From Bacillota bacterium (lineage in GTDB: Bacteria > Bacillota > Clostridia > Acetivibrionales > DTU013): a stretch of DNA of 64,000 nt. How positions within the stretch are numbered: position 1 is the stretch's first letter; each line of letters opens with the position of its first letter. Positions 28,526 through 41,000 of the stretch are shown in pieces. The notes under the pieces are model-generated. The model saw only the letters and a list, made by a program, of their open reading frames with translations, was not told the DNA's origin and ran no database searches. The stretch is from positions 8,422 to 72,421 of the forward strand of contig JAEWQC010000006.1 of NCBI GenBank assembly GCA_023399355.1. Direction: 5' to 3'. The position numbers and the translations under genes are program-made.

Positions 28526-28660
28526 CATTGTGCCCGGCAGAAGTTGTTTGTTGAAACAGGGGTCGCCGGCGGAAATGGCGGAAAGCTGTCTCCGGCAGGT
28601 ACGGCGACCAGAGCGGAAATGGTACAGATACTGTATAACCTGTTGGTAAAGCGCGGGTAA
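28526..28660 (+). pseudogene. orphan 3' remnant of an SLH-domain gene
   Basis: The frame ending at TAA 28658-60 reads ...GVAGGNGGKLSPAGTATRAEMVQILYNLLVKRG*, the typical end of an S-layer-homology domain. Compare ...LLNPLGGSTRAEAAVMLYRLF at the end of the giant ORF. No start codon or upstream domain is present. Confidence 0.35.
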
Positions 28661-28859
28661 TAACGAGCTGCGTTTCAACGAGGCGGGAGATATGCCTGTC
28701 GCCTGCAAACCAAATCGGTACCCACCGCCTATAAAAGTGGGGGACATGTTGAGCCTCGTTATAAGTTATTTTTATGTTGACATAAATTCTATAAATAGAA
28801 ACAAAATTCGGCAAATTTTTTACAATCTTCATTTCTCCCAGAAAAATGAAATTATGCTT

Positions 28860-28884
28860 AGAACCCTTGTATAACAGGGGTTCT
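28860..28884 (+). other. strong stem-loop between the two-component operon and the giant ORF
   Basis: AGAACCCTTG (28860-69) pairs with CAGGGGTTCT (28875-84): 10 bp including one G-U pair, with a 5-nt loop. No U-tract follows, so a terminator role is uncertain. Confidence 0.4.
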
Positions 28885-28904
28885 GTCTTACGTGCCCTAA
28901 AAAT

Positions 28905-28939
28905 CGGTTAAGTCCCGGTTCAGTGGGATTTTATATAAT
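28905..28939 (+). promoter_or_regulatory. 11-bp-phased direct repeat (CGGTTAAGT / CGGTTCAGT) abutting a TATAAT -10 box; candidate activator-dependent promoter of the giant ORF
   Basis: CGGTTAAGT lies at 28905-13 and CGGTTCAGT at 28916-24, a period of 11 nt. TATAAT lies at 28934-39, 9 nt after the second repeat. There is no recognisable -35 hexamer. The site is 100 nt upstream of ATG 29039. Confidence 0.4.
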
Positions 28940-29038
28940 AAAGTCGAACAGGTAACTTTTATCGTCACATATAAGAAAATCATAACAATTGTAATTGATA
29001 GGAAACTCAATATTTATTGATATGGGAGTGACTTTTTT

Positions 29039-32000
29039 ATGAAAAAGAGAATCAACCGATTTATTGCCGTCCTGTTATCATTTTTAGTACTTTTCGCATA
29101 TTTCCCCGCTTTCATTGTCGTCCATGCCGCCGAGCCTCTATTGACGGTTTCGGAGTGCAACGAATACAAGAAACTGATCAGCAGCAGCCTTGATTATACA
29201 ATAGCGATCTCGTCCGACAAGAGAGTAGTTTACTGGGGGTCTCCAACCAGCCCTGCAAGGAATGTGCCGACTGATCTTGAAAATGTCAGGATGGTGGCTG
29301 CCGGATACAGATTTGCTTTGGCTTTGAAGGATGACGGCAAGGTTGTGGCCTGGGGCGACAACGAATTCAATCAGTGTCAGGGAAACGGTCTCACTGATGT
29401 GAAATACATCACAGCCGGTAATTCCTTTGCTCTGGCGTTGAAAAATGACGGTACGGTTGTGGCCTGGGGCGCAAATGAAGGCGGTCAATGCGATGTGCCA
29501 GCCGGTCTCAGTGATGTTGTTGCCATCGAAGCGGGCAGTAACCATGCGCTTGCATTAAAAAGCGACGGCACCGTCATTGCCTGGGGAGCCAACTATACCG
29601 ATTGGAAACAGTGTGATATTCCCATCGACAAAATAGATCCGGCCAATACGGCACTGCCGAAGATTGTCGCACTTGATGCGCCATGGGGACACAATCTGGC
29701 GGTCCGGGAGGATGGATCGGTTGTTGCATGGGGAAATAATGAAAAATTACAGGCGACTGTTCCAGCCGGAATTACAAATGCCGTGGCTGCATCAGGTTCG
29801 CTTTGGTGCTCAATGGTACTCATGGCGGACGGTACGGTAAAGGAATGGGGCAAAACCTACAGCGCCATGGGCATATCGGAACCGTCGGGACTACCCTTTG
29901 TAAAAGCTGTTTCCTCCCAGCAGGATATGTCATTTGCATTGGTTGAAAATGACAGCGGTTATTATAAGGTCATCCCATGGGACGGTAGTGGGAAAAAAGA
30001 GGAGATAAACCTGTCCGTAGGACCTAAAATCGTTTCCTGCGCCTTGCCGGCAGGAGGGGATAAGGATGGGGACAATTCCTATATTGATGTGAGCTTCAAT
30101 CGTGGGATATACGGGGATGCGACCGGGACAAGCGCCGTTTCCGCCTCGGCATTTGTACTGGAGTATCGGAAAAACGAGGGGTCGGCAAATAGTGTCACCA
30201 TTACTTCCGCGACGCGAACGGATGGAACGGAACTTCAGGGCGGAGAAACAACTGTACGGTTCCATCTGGCTGTAAATGGAACACCGAGCGGACAGGAAAC
30301 GATCGAAATCAAGCCGGCATATGATTCAGGCAATGTACCGGTTTACGACGGTAACGGTACCATGATTGAGCCTTCGCAGACCACTGGTGCGACATTCCTG
30401 AATACAACAATGCTTCGTTTCGTATCATCAACGATTGATGATGCCAATACATATATAGATGTGGTTTTCAATAAGGGGATTTACGGGGATGTTCAGGGAA
30501 AAACCGGGGTTTCGGTCAGCGATTTCAAATTCTCCTTCTACCGGAACGACGGTTCCGCGACCGGAGCAACGCTGGTGTCCCTGACCGATAAGGATTTCGT
30601 ATCAACCACGCCCGGAGCGGAGACGGTAAGGTTCAATTTTTCAATCGACGGTACGGTAAACGGGAAAGAGACGATTGAAATCAAGCCGGCCGATGGAAAC
30701 TCCGTATTTACCTCCTCCGGTGAAGCGATGCAAGCCAGCCGCACCACCGGACGCATCCCATTGTCACCGCCGGCGCCGGAGATTGTCGGGATGGAGCTTG
30801 CAAATGACAACAGCCACCTTGATATCACCTTTAACACAGGAGTGTATGGAGACAGGGATAATATCACTAAAGCCGGCTTTAACCCCGTTACCTCCGGAGC
30901 AATCATTTGCCATCTCCAGTCTTTTGGAGGGGGAGCGACGAACGTCAGTATCAGCAGCTTTACCAGGCTTGACGGAATAACGCCGCTGATCGGAGGGGAG
31001 ACTGCTGTCCGGCTGAACCTGAGTTTCACCGGCAGCCCTACGGGAGTAGAATATTTCGGCATATGGGTGGAGCACCTGTATAATTCCAAAGGTGTGTTTT
31101 TGGGATCGGAGAATTCGACGATGATCAAGTTGAAGGCGTTATCGCCAGCGATCGGACTTTGTTCCGCCGCGCCGGATAACGAATATATTGACGTAAACTT
31201 CAACATGGGAGTATACGGCGGGGTGCAAGGATTCGACGAAAAAGGCAGGCCGACGGGTGTAGATAAGGATGATTTCAAGCTCGAATATGTAAAAGGCAGC
31301 GGAACCACTGAGAATGTGACTATTCGGGCCATCGGCGCAAATACGGGTTCAGACCCTGCAAATCCCGCTGTATTGAAAGGAGGAGAGAAAACGGTCCGGG
31401 TCTTTCTTTCTCTTACAAATCCGGCAACCGGCGGGGCGGGGGCGGAGACTGTCAAAATCTCTCCGAAGAATGATGAATCCATTTACAGTGAGGATAAACA
31501 ACCTGTACCTTCCAGCAGTTCGACCGGAAATGTCAATCTCCATGCTTCGTTCCCCGTGATTGAATCCTATAAGCTAGCAGCGGACAACAGCCATATTGAT
31601 GTCGACTTCAATCTGGGCGTTTATGGGGACAGTGCGCATACTCTCCCTGTTTCCGCACCCAACTTCAGCGTGAATTTCTATACCTATTCCTATAACGGCG
31701 GACGTGCAACTGTCGCAACCATCGGAGCAATAACAAGACAGGACGGATCGCCGCTTGAAGCCGGTGACAAAAATCTGAGGCTGCGGCTCAATATCACGGG
31801 AAAACCCAGCGGCGCTGAAACGATTGCGATCTACCCTTCCTCAGCCAACCAGATCTATAATTCCATGGGCAAGTCCATTCTTTCCGGTTCCAGCCAAAGG
31901 GTGCCGGACACCTTCCTGAATCCTGTTCCGGAAATTCTTACAGGGACTCTGGCTGCGAATCTGAGTTATATGGACGTTACGTTCAGCTGCGGTGTTTATG

Positions 32001-35000
32001 GGGATGCGGCTCATACTGCGGCAGTGGATGCAGATGACTTCAAAATCGTATTCAACAAAAATACCGGAGGCTCTGCAACCGGCGTAACAATTGATTCAGT
32101 AAAGAAAACGGATACGGAGGACAAGGACGATGCTGCTTCCGAGCTGACAGGAGGAGAGACGGCGTTTCGTTTTTTCCTATCGATTGACGGCAGCCAGAAT
32201 GGGCAGGAAACGATCCGGATCATGCCTGCCGACGGCAACTCCGTATACTCCGGCGCCGGCAACCCTATGGCGCAGGAACAGTCAACTCCGTCCAGAAACC
32301 TGACCGTTGGACCTCCCGAGATTACCAGCGCAAAGCTTGCGCGGGATAACAGCTATATCGATATCAATTTTAGTTCAAGCGTATATGGTGACAGTATTCA
32401 CAGTACAGGTCTAAATGAGGAGGATTTCAGCCTGTCCGTCGAAAGCAACAACGGGGATGTAAACAGAGCGCATATTTCTTCTGTAAGGCAGATCGACGGA
32501 ACGACCCCGCCCTCAGGCGGCGAAAAAGCTCTGAGACTGTATCTTGTTACCCAGAAAGTCGTTACAGATGAAAAAACAAATGAGACGATGCTTGTGGCGA
32601 CGTCGGCAAGCGGGACAGAGAAAATTGAAGTGAAGCCGGCCGGCGGGAGCTCAATCTATTCCTTCTCCGGGACGGCAATGGATGCCGCGCAGACAACAGG
32701 TAAAATCAGCCTTGCCGAAATTCCCAGGATTGTCTCCGGCGTGATGGCGGCGGATTACAGCTATGTCGACGTGACCTTCAGCAAGGGAGTGTATGGCGGA
32801 AGCAACGGCAGGACACCCCTTTCGGCAGGCAGCTTCCTGCTGTATTTCGAGCGGAATGGAGGCATCGCAACGAATGTCTCCATCAAAGCCGTGCGCAAGG
32901 CATCCGGTACGTCGCTCTCAAGCGCGCCGGCACTCACGGGCGGGGAGACGACTGTCCGCGTATTCCTCAGCGTACTCGGAGCCGCCGACGGCAAAGAGTG
33001 GATCAAAATCCTGCCGGCTGGTGCCAGGGCGATCTATGACTCGTCCGGCCGCGCGATGTCGGATGATAAATCGACAGGAATGCTTTACCTGAAGGGCAGT
33101 ACGCTTCAAATCGTATCGTCTTTCATTGCTGAGGATAACAGCTACGTTGATGTCAATTTCAATGTCGGTGTGTACGGAGCTGCCGACGGCGATTCTCCGG
33201 TCACTCTGAATTGTTTCGGGATTGCCGCCACCGACGGCAGAATCGCTTCAGTTACCAAAACGGACGGGGAAGCATTGACGGGTGGCGAGACGACCCTGAG
33301 GTTCCACTTGAACTTCCCGTATGTGCAGTATCCGGGAGCCGCTTTTGCAATTGTTCCGGCTTCTTCATCGGGGGGACCGAAGGTATATAACGCAAACGGG
33401 GCCGAAATGCCGCTGAACCAGCAGACCGGCATGATCCCGCTGAACAATGTGGCGTTGGATTCCAGCGAATTGTCCCAAAACAATGCGTATATCGACTTAA
33501 AATTCGATATGGGCGTTTATGGAAACAATGCGCAAAATACGCCCATCGGCCCGGAGGATCTGGCGCTGGAATTCAGACAGAACGGAGGTACGGCGACAGG
33601 CGCAGCGATAAGCTCCATCCGTCCGGCGGACAATGCCGTCGAGGCGGATGCAGGTACGCTCAAAGGCGGTGAGGCAACCGTAAGGGTATTCCTGAAGGTG
33701 AGCGGAAATCCGGATGGTAAGGAAACGGTAAGCCTTTCGACTGTTCCGGGAAGCGTCATCGGATCGCATATTCTCGCGGGAGTATTGACGACGGGCGCAA
33801 TATCCATGTACTCCGGCGCTTTCAAGGCCGTTTCCGCTGCCATGGGCGACGATAACGCCTATGTTGACATGACCTTCAGCCAGGGGATATACGGGGATGC
33901 CGCAGGCAGGACTCCCGTGGACGCAAACGATTTTGCGGCAAGCTTCTCCGGAGGACCGGGATCCCTGACCGGCGTGAGTATTGCAGCCGTCGGGAAACCG
34001 GACGGTGAAAAACCGGGAACGGCTTCCATGCTGACAGGCGGAGAAAAGACGGTCCGTATTTTCCTTTCCGTGTCGGGAACCTTAAGCGGATCGGAAAGCC
34101 TTAAAATAGAACCGAAAACAACGTCATCCATCTATCCGCTGCATGGTGCGGCCTTGTCCGGAGAGAACTCTTCAGCCACTGTACAGATGATTTCCAACAA
34201 GCCGGAAATTCTCTCATCGGTGATGGCAGCCGGCAGCAAATATGTAGATGTCATATTCAATATAGGCGTATATGGGACCGCCTCTTCAGGACCGGTGACC
34301 AGGGACAGCTTCGATTGCGCTTTCAACGCCAATGCGGGAAATGGCGGGAACGGCAAAATCACCGTATCCGTAAACTCCGTCAGGAAGCCTGACAGCGGGA
34401 GCGAAGCATTTGCTTCCGCTCTGACGGGCGGGGAAAAAACGCTCCGCTTTTTCCTCAAAATCAACAAGGCTCCCGGTTCGACGGCAACGGATTCCATCAT
34501 ACCCACCGGCCTGGAGACGATTGTCATCACCCCTGCGCAAACCATATATTCCAGTACAGGGCAGCAATTGAGCACGTCCGCGTCCACCGGCCCGGTCGGC
34601 CTCCTTGCCCCGGAGCCGGAATTCGGGGATTGCTCCGCGTCGCAGCAGAGCGGTACCGATAAGAAGCTCCAGTATATTGATGTCAAATTTACCACCGACG
34701 TTTTTGGGGCCGCCGACGGTTCCACCCCTGTCGATCCGTCCGATTTTGAATTGCTGTTCGCCAGGAACTCCGGAAATGCGGAGAGGGCGGAGATCCTGTC
34801 CGTCTGCAGGCCTGATCCGGCCGAGCCTGCAAAGGACTCGGAGCTGACGGGAGGAACCTCCGCCATCAGGTTCTATCTGAAGACCTATTTTGGAAATGGC
34901 GCTAACGCAGTCGAAGCTTCGACTTCGGGTGTGGAGACTGTGGTTATCAAGCCAAAAGACAATTCCATTTTCAACAGATCAGGACAGGCAATGGCTGTGA

Positions 35001-38000
35001 CAAAAGCAACAGATGCGCTGAAGCTTGCGAATATGTTTCCAAGGGTCGTTTCGGCAAGAGTGGGACCCGGGAACGGTTATGTCGACGTTACCTTCAGCAC
35101 CGGTATTTACGGTAATTCCGGGAGTACCGGCAAGGCGGCTTATTATTCCAATTTCCAGGCCGTGTTCACCAGAAACGGAGGTGCGGCGACAAACGCAAAC
35201 ATCAACTGGGCTGCGAAACCCGACAACTCCGACAGGCTGCTGGCAACGACGCTGGTCGGGGGCGAGGAGACGATCCGGTTCTTCCTTACGGTAACCAATG
35301 TGCCAAGCGGAGTCGAGATGGTAGAGATCGTACCTGCCAGTCCCCAATTGAGGGACGCAGACGGGCTGACGCTGAAAGCAGCGCAGTCAACCGGCAGGCT
35401 CAGGCTTGTCACCCCGTACCCTCCCCAGTGGTCATTGTCCGGTTCAAGCGAAGAAGCCCCGGGATGGATGTCGGACTATAGAATCAGTACGGGAAATGCG
35501 CATACGCTTGTCGTAAAAAACGACGGTACCGTCGCGGCATTCGGGGAGAACTCCCAGGGACAGGCAAATGTGCCGGGAACTTTGTCCGGCGTGGACTCTG
35601 TGGCTGCCGGGGATACATTTTCGGCAGCTCTGAAAAAGAATGGAACACTTGTCGGGTGGGGTGCGCTCAAGATACCGGCTGGAATGACAAACGTAAAAAT
35701 GATTGCAGCCGGCGGCAGCACGTTGTTCGCACTCAGGGCCGATAGCAGCGGGGAGTACATATCATTGGTCGGGGACGATTACTATAAGTATGACGATGAC
35801 AACGACAGGAATTATTATGTTGAGAAACTGAAGCTAATGGACAAGGATGTGCCGGTCAAGGCAATATCAGCAGGCAGCGACGAGCATCTGCTAGTGCTCA
35901 GGAACGACGGCACGGTTGAAGCCTACGATTATAATGACCGGTTGACTTCCGACTATTATGGGCAGTGCAGCATACCTGAAGGCCTGAAGGAGGTCAGAGC
36001 CGTTTCCGCCGGATTCGGCTTCTCCCTGGCGCTGAAGAAGGACGGCACCGTCGCGGGATGGGGAAATGTCAGGCTGCCGACGGGTGGACTCGTCAATGTT
36101 TCCGCGATATCCTCCTCTCTGAGGGGGTACTGCGTGCTCAAGACGGACGGTACCGCAGAGGTTTATGATATCAACGGCGTCAAGCTTATAAATAGCGGTA
36201 CGGCTGTCCTTAGCGGCATAATCGGGGTCAGCGCGGGAGCGGATACCTATCTTTTTGTCAGCAGGGACGGCACTGTGGATGGCCTGCGGGATACGGGAGT
36301 ATTCGGGTATATGGAGGATATCGATACTCCGGCGGACTTAAACATTTATAAGCATGTGCTGAATGGGACGATCTCCGGTAACGCATTCGTAACTCTCGAA
36401 CTAAGGGATTCAACCGCGGTAAATGCCGCAAAACTTGGCATGTATGGCGGCAACGGCTTGAGAGGCATCACCGCGGCGGATCTGAAGGTGGAAATTGTAA
36501 AGGGCAGTCAAAGCCTGCTGGGGATAACGATCACGGATGTGAAAAAAGGATCGAGCATATATGAGGATGCCGCCGCCGGCGATACGGCTGTCAGAGTTAT
36601 GCTCAGGGTAGCGGGAGTGCCCGACGGTACCGAGAGATTCGTCATCAAGCCCACTACGAGCTTCTCTGTGGCGGATGCTTCCGGCAATTCCATTTTCGCC
36701 TCACAGCCGTCAAATGTGATCGCGCTGGACAGGGGCTCCGAATACGAGCTGTATTCCAGGAGGATAGACGCAGGCTGGAGCCATACCGTTGCGATGAAGG
36801 ATACGGGATACGTCTTCAACTGGGGGGACAACACCTATGGACAGGCTCCCGCAATGCTGAACCGGGACAATGCGGTGCAGGTTTCCGCCGGATATCATCA
36901 CACGGTGGTTCTGCTCCATGACGGAACAGTGAAGGAATGGGGCGAGAATTATTACGGTCAGCTGGATATGCCCGGTAACGTTAAAAATATCATGCAAATA
37001 TCGGCCGGCGGATACCATACGCTGGCGTTGAAGTCGGACGGCACCGTTCTTGCATGGGGGGATGATTTCTATAAACAATGCACGGTACCTCTGGGTCTGT
37101 TCAATGTGATTGCCGTTTCCGCGGGCGGGCATCATTCCCTCGCCCTGAAGTCCGACGGCACGGTGGCCGCCTGGGGGGACGACAGCTTCAGGCAGTGCAG
37201 CGGCATGCCTTCCGGACTGAAGGAGGTGGTCGCGGTTTCGGCGGGCGACAACTTCTCCCTTGCATTGAAGCGGGACGGGACAGTCGTCGCCTGGGGGAAT
37301 AACGATAAAGGCCAATGTACGGTACCTTCTGGTCTGGCAAACATAAAAGCGGTCTCTGCCGGCTACAGGCATGCGCTCGCTCTGAAGTCGGACGGTACGG
37401 TGGTCGCCTGGGGGGACAACAGCAAAGGTCAATGCACGGTACCTTCAGACCTGACAGGTGTATTTGCTGTTTCTGCAGGGGCATATCACAATGCCGCCAT
37501 TAAAAGCGACGGCAAAATTATAGCCTGGGGCGACAACAGCGCCGGACAGGCCGCTGTTCCCGAAAGCGGACTGCCGCCGAAGGTCGTGTCGGCTGTAATG
37601 GCTGAGGACAACAGTTATATAGATCTGCAGTTCAATGCAGGCGTATACGGATCTCCTGATGGAACGGGCCCGCTGAAGACCGGTAATTTCAAAGTGGTAT
37701 TTGACGGAAAATCCGCTGGCGGCGCTACGGGAGTTTCCATCTCATCCGTCAGAAAAAACGACAATCCGCTGGAGAGCAAAGCTTCCGCTCTTACCGGAGG
37801 TGAAAATACCGTCCGTGTATTCCTCACATTCTCCGGCGTGATAAAAGGCGTCGAAACGGTCCAGCTGACGCAGGATAGTGCAAAACCGATCTATGACATG
37901 TACAAGGTGCCAATACAGAATGCAAACCTGACACCGGTATTTACGCTCAAGTTACAGAAAACCGGAAATGACATTATGGTCGACAATATCAGTTCCGGCG

Positions 38001-41000
38001 TGGGGACAAAATATGAAGTCGTGGCTATTGACAGCACAGACGGCAAATCGGCGCCCGTCTACGATTATGTTCCGTCAAACAATTGTTACAGCATATCCTG
38101 GGAGCATGAACTTAAAACGGCGGGTGCTACAAAAAATGCGGACGGGTTTTATGAAAGCAATAATACAATGCTCATTGCCGGTTTCTACAGTAAAGAGAAA
38201 AACCATGCCAACCAGGATATAACACAGGTGACATTCAACAGCAAGCCTATGAAATTCCTGAAGACAGCAGCCATCGGCGACATGAAGCTTGATCTGTACT
38301 ACATGCTCGGCAAGGATTTTCCGACTAATCCCGGCAAGTATAAGGTTACTGCGTATTACAGGGGTTCAAACAATTTACTTTACGGGAAAGCGGTATCCCT
38401 GACAAATGTTGCCCAGATGGCGCCTGAGAATGCCGCGTCCACTCTGGATGACGGAACGTACTGGAATATGAGTACGGCCCTGGAAACCAAAACAGATCAT
38501 GCAATGCAGGTCGATTTTACCGCAACGCCAAACAACAATGAAGTGGCAATGAAGACAACGAACCGGGACAAGGCCGGCGCCTATGTGACAAATTGCAACG
38601 ATTCCGTCTATTATAAAGACTGGGCGACAATATCCGCATCCGTACGGAGCGCCGAATATCCCAAAGAAGACATATCCTATGAATTAACTCCGACATATGA
38701 CACTCTGCCCGAGCTGCCTGCCGGAAACAAAATCGCTTTTGTCCAGGACGCCGGCAGTTCAGGGAATGCGGCAGCAGGACGCCAATTTACCTTCACGTCC
38801 GGTGACGATGGCGCAACTGTCACAATACTCAGCTCGCCGGATGGAAATAGCTGGACCACCTCGACATGCTCGCTGCCCGCTATTACCTATCAAGGTTTTA
38901 CCTATACCTATTTTGGCAAAACGGAGATTACGGACTGGGCTGCATATCAGGATACCGCATCCGGCACGACCAGGTATGTAGCTATTGGAAATGCAAATGT
39001 CGGCCGATACAAACAGGACGGCTCAGCCGAATATGAAACGGAAGAGTATACGGATGAAGGCGGGCACCCGCAAACACACAGATGGACCTATGAGACAAGT
39101 ATCAAGGTCTACCTTATGTCTTCGGACGGCGAGCATTGGACATCGGGTTATTACCCGGACTTTGTATTCGGGAATTATGAGAATGTAAAAAACGGATCTT
39201 TGTATACAAAATTCAAAGAGATCGTGTGCAACAACAATGGATTGTTTGTTGCATACGACAATGCAAATGTCTATTATATGATCTACTCCGATACGGAATG
39301 GACATTGGGGAAATCCTTTGAGAAGGACAGCCAGGGGAAGGTTGTAAACACGCAGTACAATTACCTGACGGGGCTGTTTACCAGGAATAATATCCTTGTG
39401 CTGACCGGCAGGGGACTGGATGATGAAAACCTGAATATTTACTGGTCAACGGGGGGCAGGGATTGGAAGCAGGCTGCCGTCACGTACAGGGATCCAAAGT
39501 TCTACGAGTACGACAAAACAGCCAGGAAGACGATCTGGACATACAGCAGGTCATTTACCGGAATGACTTATGCGCATGATACGTTCGCCGCCTCCAATGA
39601 ATATACCATCGCGGCGTCGCAGGACGGGAAAAACTGGAGCGTGTACAAATCGGACAAACAGGGTTCCGATCTTGTGGCGTTCCATGACACCTTCTTCCGG
39701 ACGGTATATTACCATACGGCTTCGGGAAATGCATGCTGGCTGCTGAGCTCCGACGACCTTCTGGACTGGCAGGTGGAAGACAAGGACTTCCTGCTGAGCG
39801 AGTTCACTCCGGAGGGAGCCAAGAAAACACTTACCGCAAATACCGTTCGCAATGGGTTCGAAGCCATGACGCTGGAGTTGGCGGCACCGGAAGACGGGGA
39901 TGTCAAAGTGCCTGTGAACAGTGTCCTGACCATAAGCTATACTGATGAATTGAAGCAGGGCGCAGATTTTAAAAGAATCTCACTGACAACCGCGGCCGGG
40001 ATCAATGTACCTGCCGGTCTCCTGCTTGACGGCGAAAACGGGACCATGAGCATTCTGCCCAAAGATGATCTTTCGCCAATCACGAAGTATATATTGACTA
40101 TACCTGAAGGTGCTTTGATAAACACGACCAGTATGAAGGCAAACAAACTGCTGAGGATTGCATTCACAACGGGCACCTCCACACTCCCGGAGATAACCGG
40201 TGATAATCTCGGATCGGCTGAGAATCCCTTCGATGTCGATTCGCCGCTGAACCTTTGTTATTCGCGGGATATTGCCGTAAATTTACAGACATTGTTCGAT
40301 AAGATAACGGTTGCTCCAAAAAACAATCTGTCAAATAAAGTTCAACTGGACAGGAGGATTGAGGGAACAAAGCTGATTCTGACACCGGCTGTGCCTCTGC
40401 AATATACTACTGCATATATGATCACAATACCGGACGGGGCCGTTAAAGATTTGTTCGGCATTGAGGCGGGTGGGAAAAGCATAGAGTTTATGACCGGAGC
40501 GGACAGCAAATTACCTGTGGTTGAAAGAACCGATCCGGTTGACTTGGGCGAACGGATTGCGACTGCTAATCCGATCTGTGCATATTTCAGCGAAGCGGTT
40601 ACGAAGGGAGCCGGTTTCGGCGGGATTACACTCCGGGATATCCGGTCCGATACTGCAACTGAAGCAGAGGTTACTCTTAAGGATGAAATTGTAAATGGGA
40701 CCACAAGAACCGCACTGATCATCCAGCCTGCAGCCGAACTGGCCCTCCACCACACCTACCGCGTAACGATTCCGTCCGATGCGGTCAGGGATGCGTCAAA
40801 CAATACGTTGGCTTCCGAATACTCCTTTGAGTTTACGGAGGAGATCAGAAAATCTTATCCTGTGCTTGTCGGATCGTCTCCCTCGAACAATGCCACCGAG
40901 GTGGACTTCATGGGCGATATCGTACTCACCTATGATCGCCCGATTAAAATGACGGATTCCTTCAGCCTGCCGGGATTTGTCTCCATCAAAAGCCAGGATG

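Noticed and set aside
28660-28760. A possible second riboswitch (c-di-GMP-II-like) suggested by GCAAACC and ACCCACCGCC strings and local hairpins (GGCGG/CCGCC, CCCAC/GTGGG).
   Set aside because: I could not align it to the type II consensus or build the pseudoknot. The resemblance is limited to short strings, so it is left unsupported.
28478-28874. Small ORFs in the gap between the regulator and the giant gene: 28478-28747 (-), 28521-28832 (-) and 28692-28874 (+).
   Set aside because: They have no RBS, they overlap each other, and they overlap the SLH remnant and hairpin. The region is better explained as non-coding or decayed.
30538-31482. Long antisense ORFs inside the giant gene. Examples on the - strand: 30538-31482 (314 aa), 34132-34866 (244 aa), 36710-37432 (240 aa), 42395-42964 (189 aa), 45304-45759 (151 aa).
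   Set aside because: They lie fully within the well-supported + strand ORF. Their products are low-complexity (Pro/Ser/Gly/Arg-rich) mirror translations of a GC-rich repetitive gene, and they have no RBS or domain signatures.
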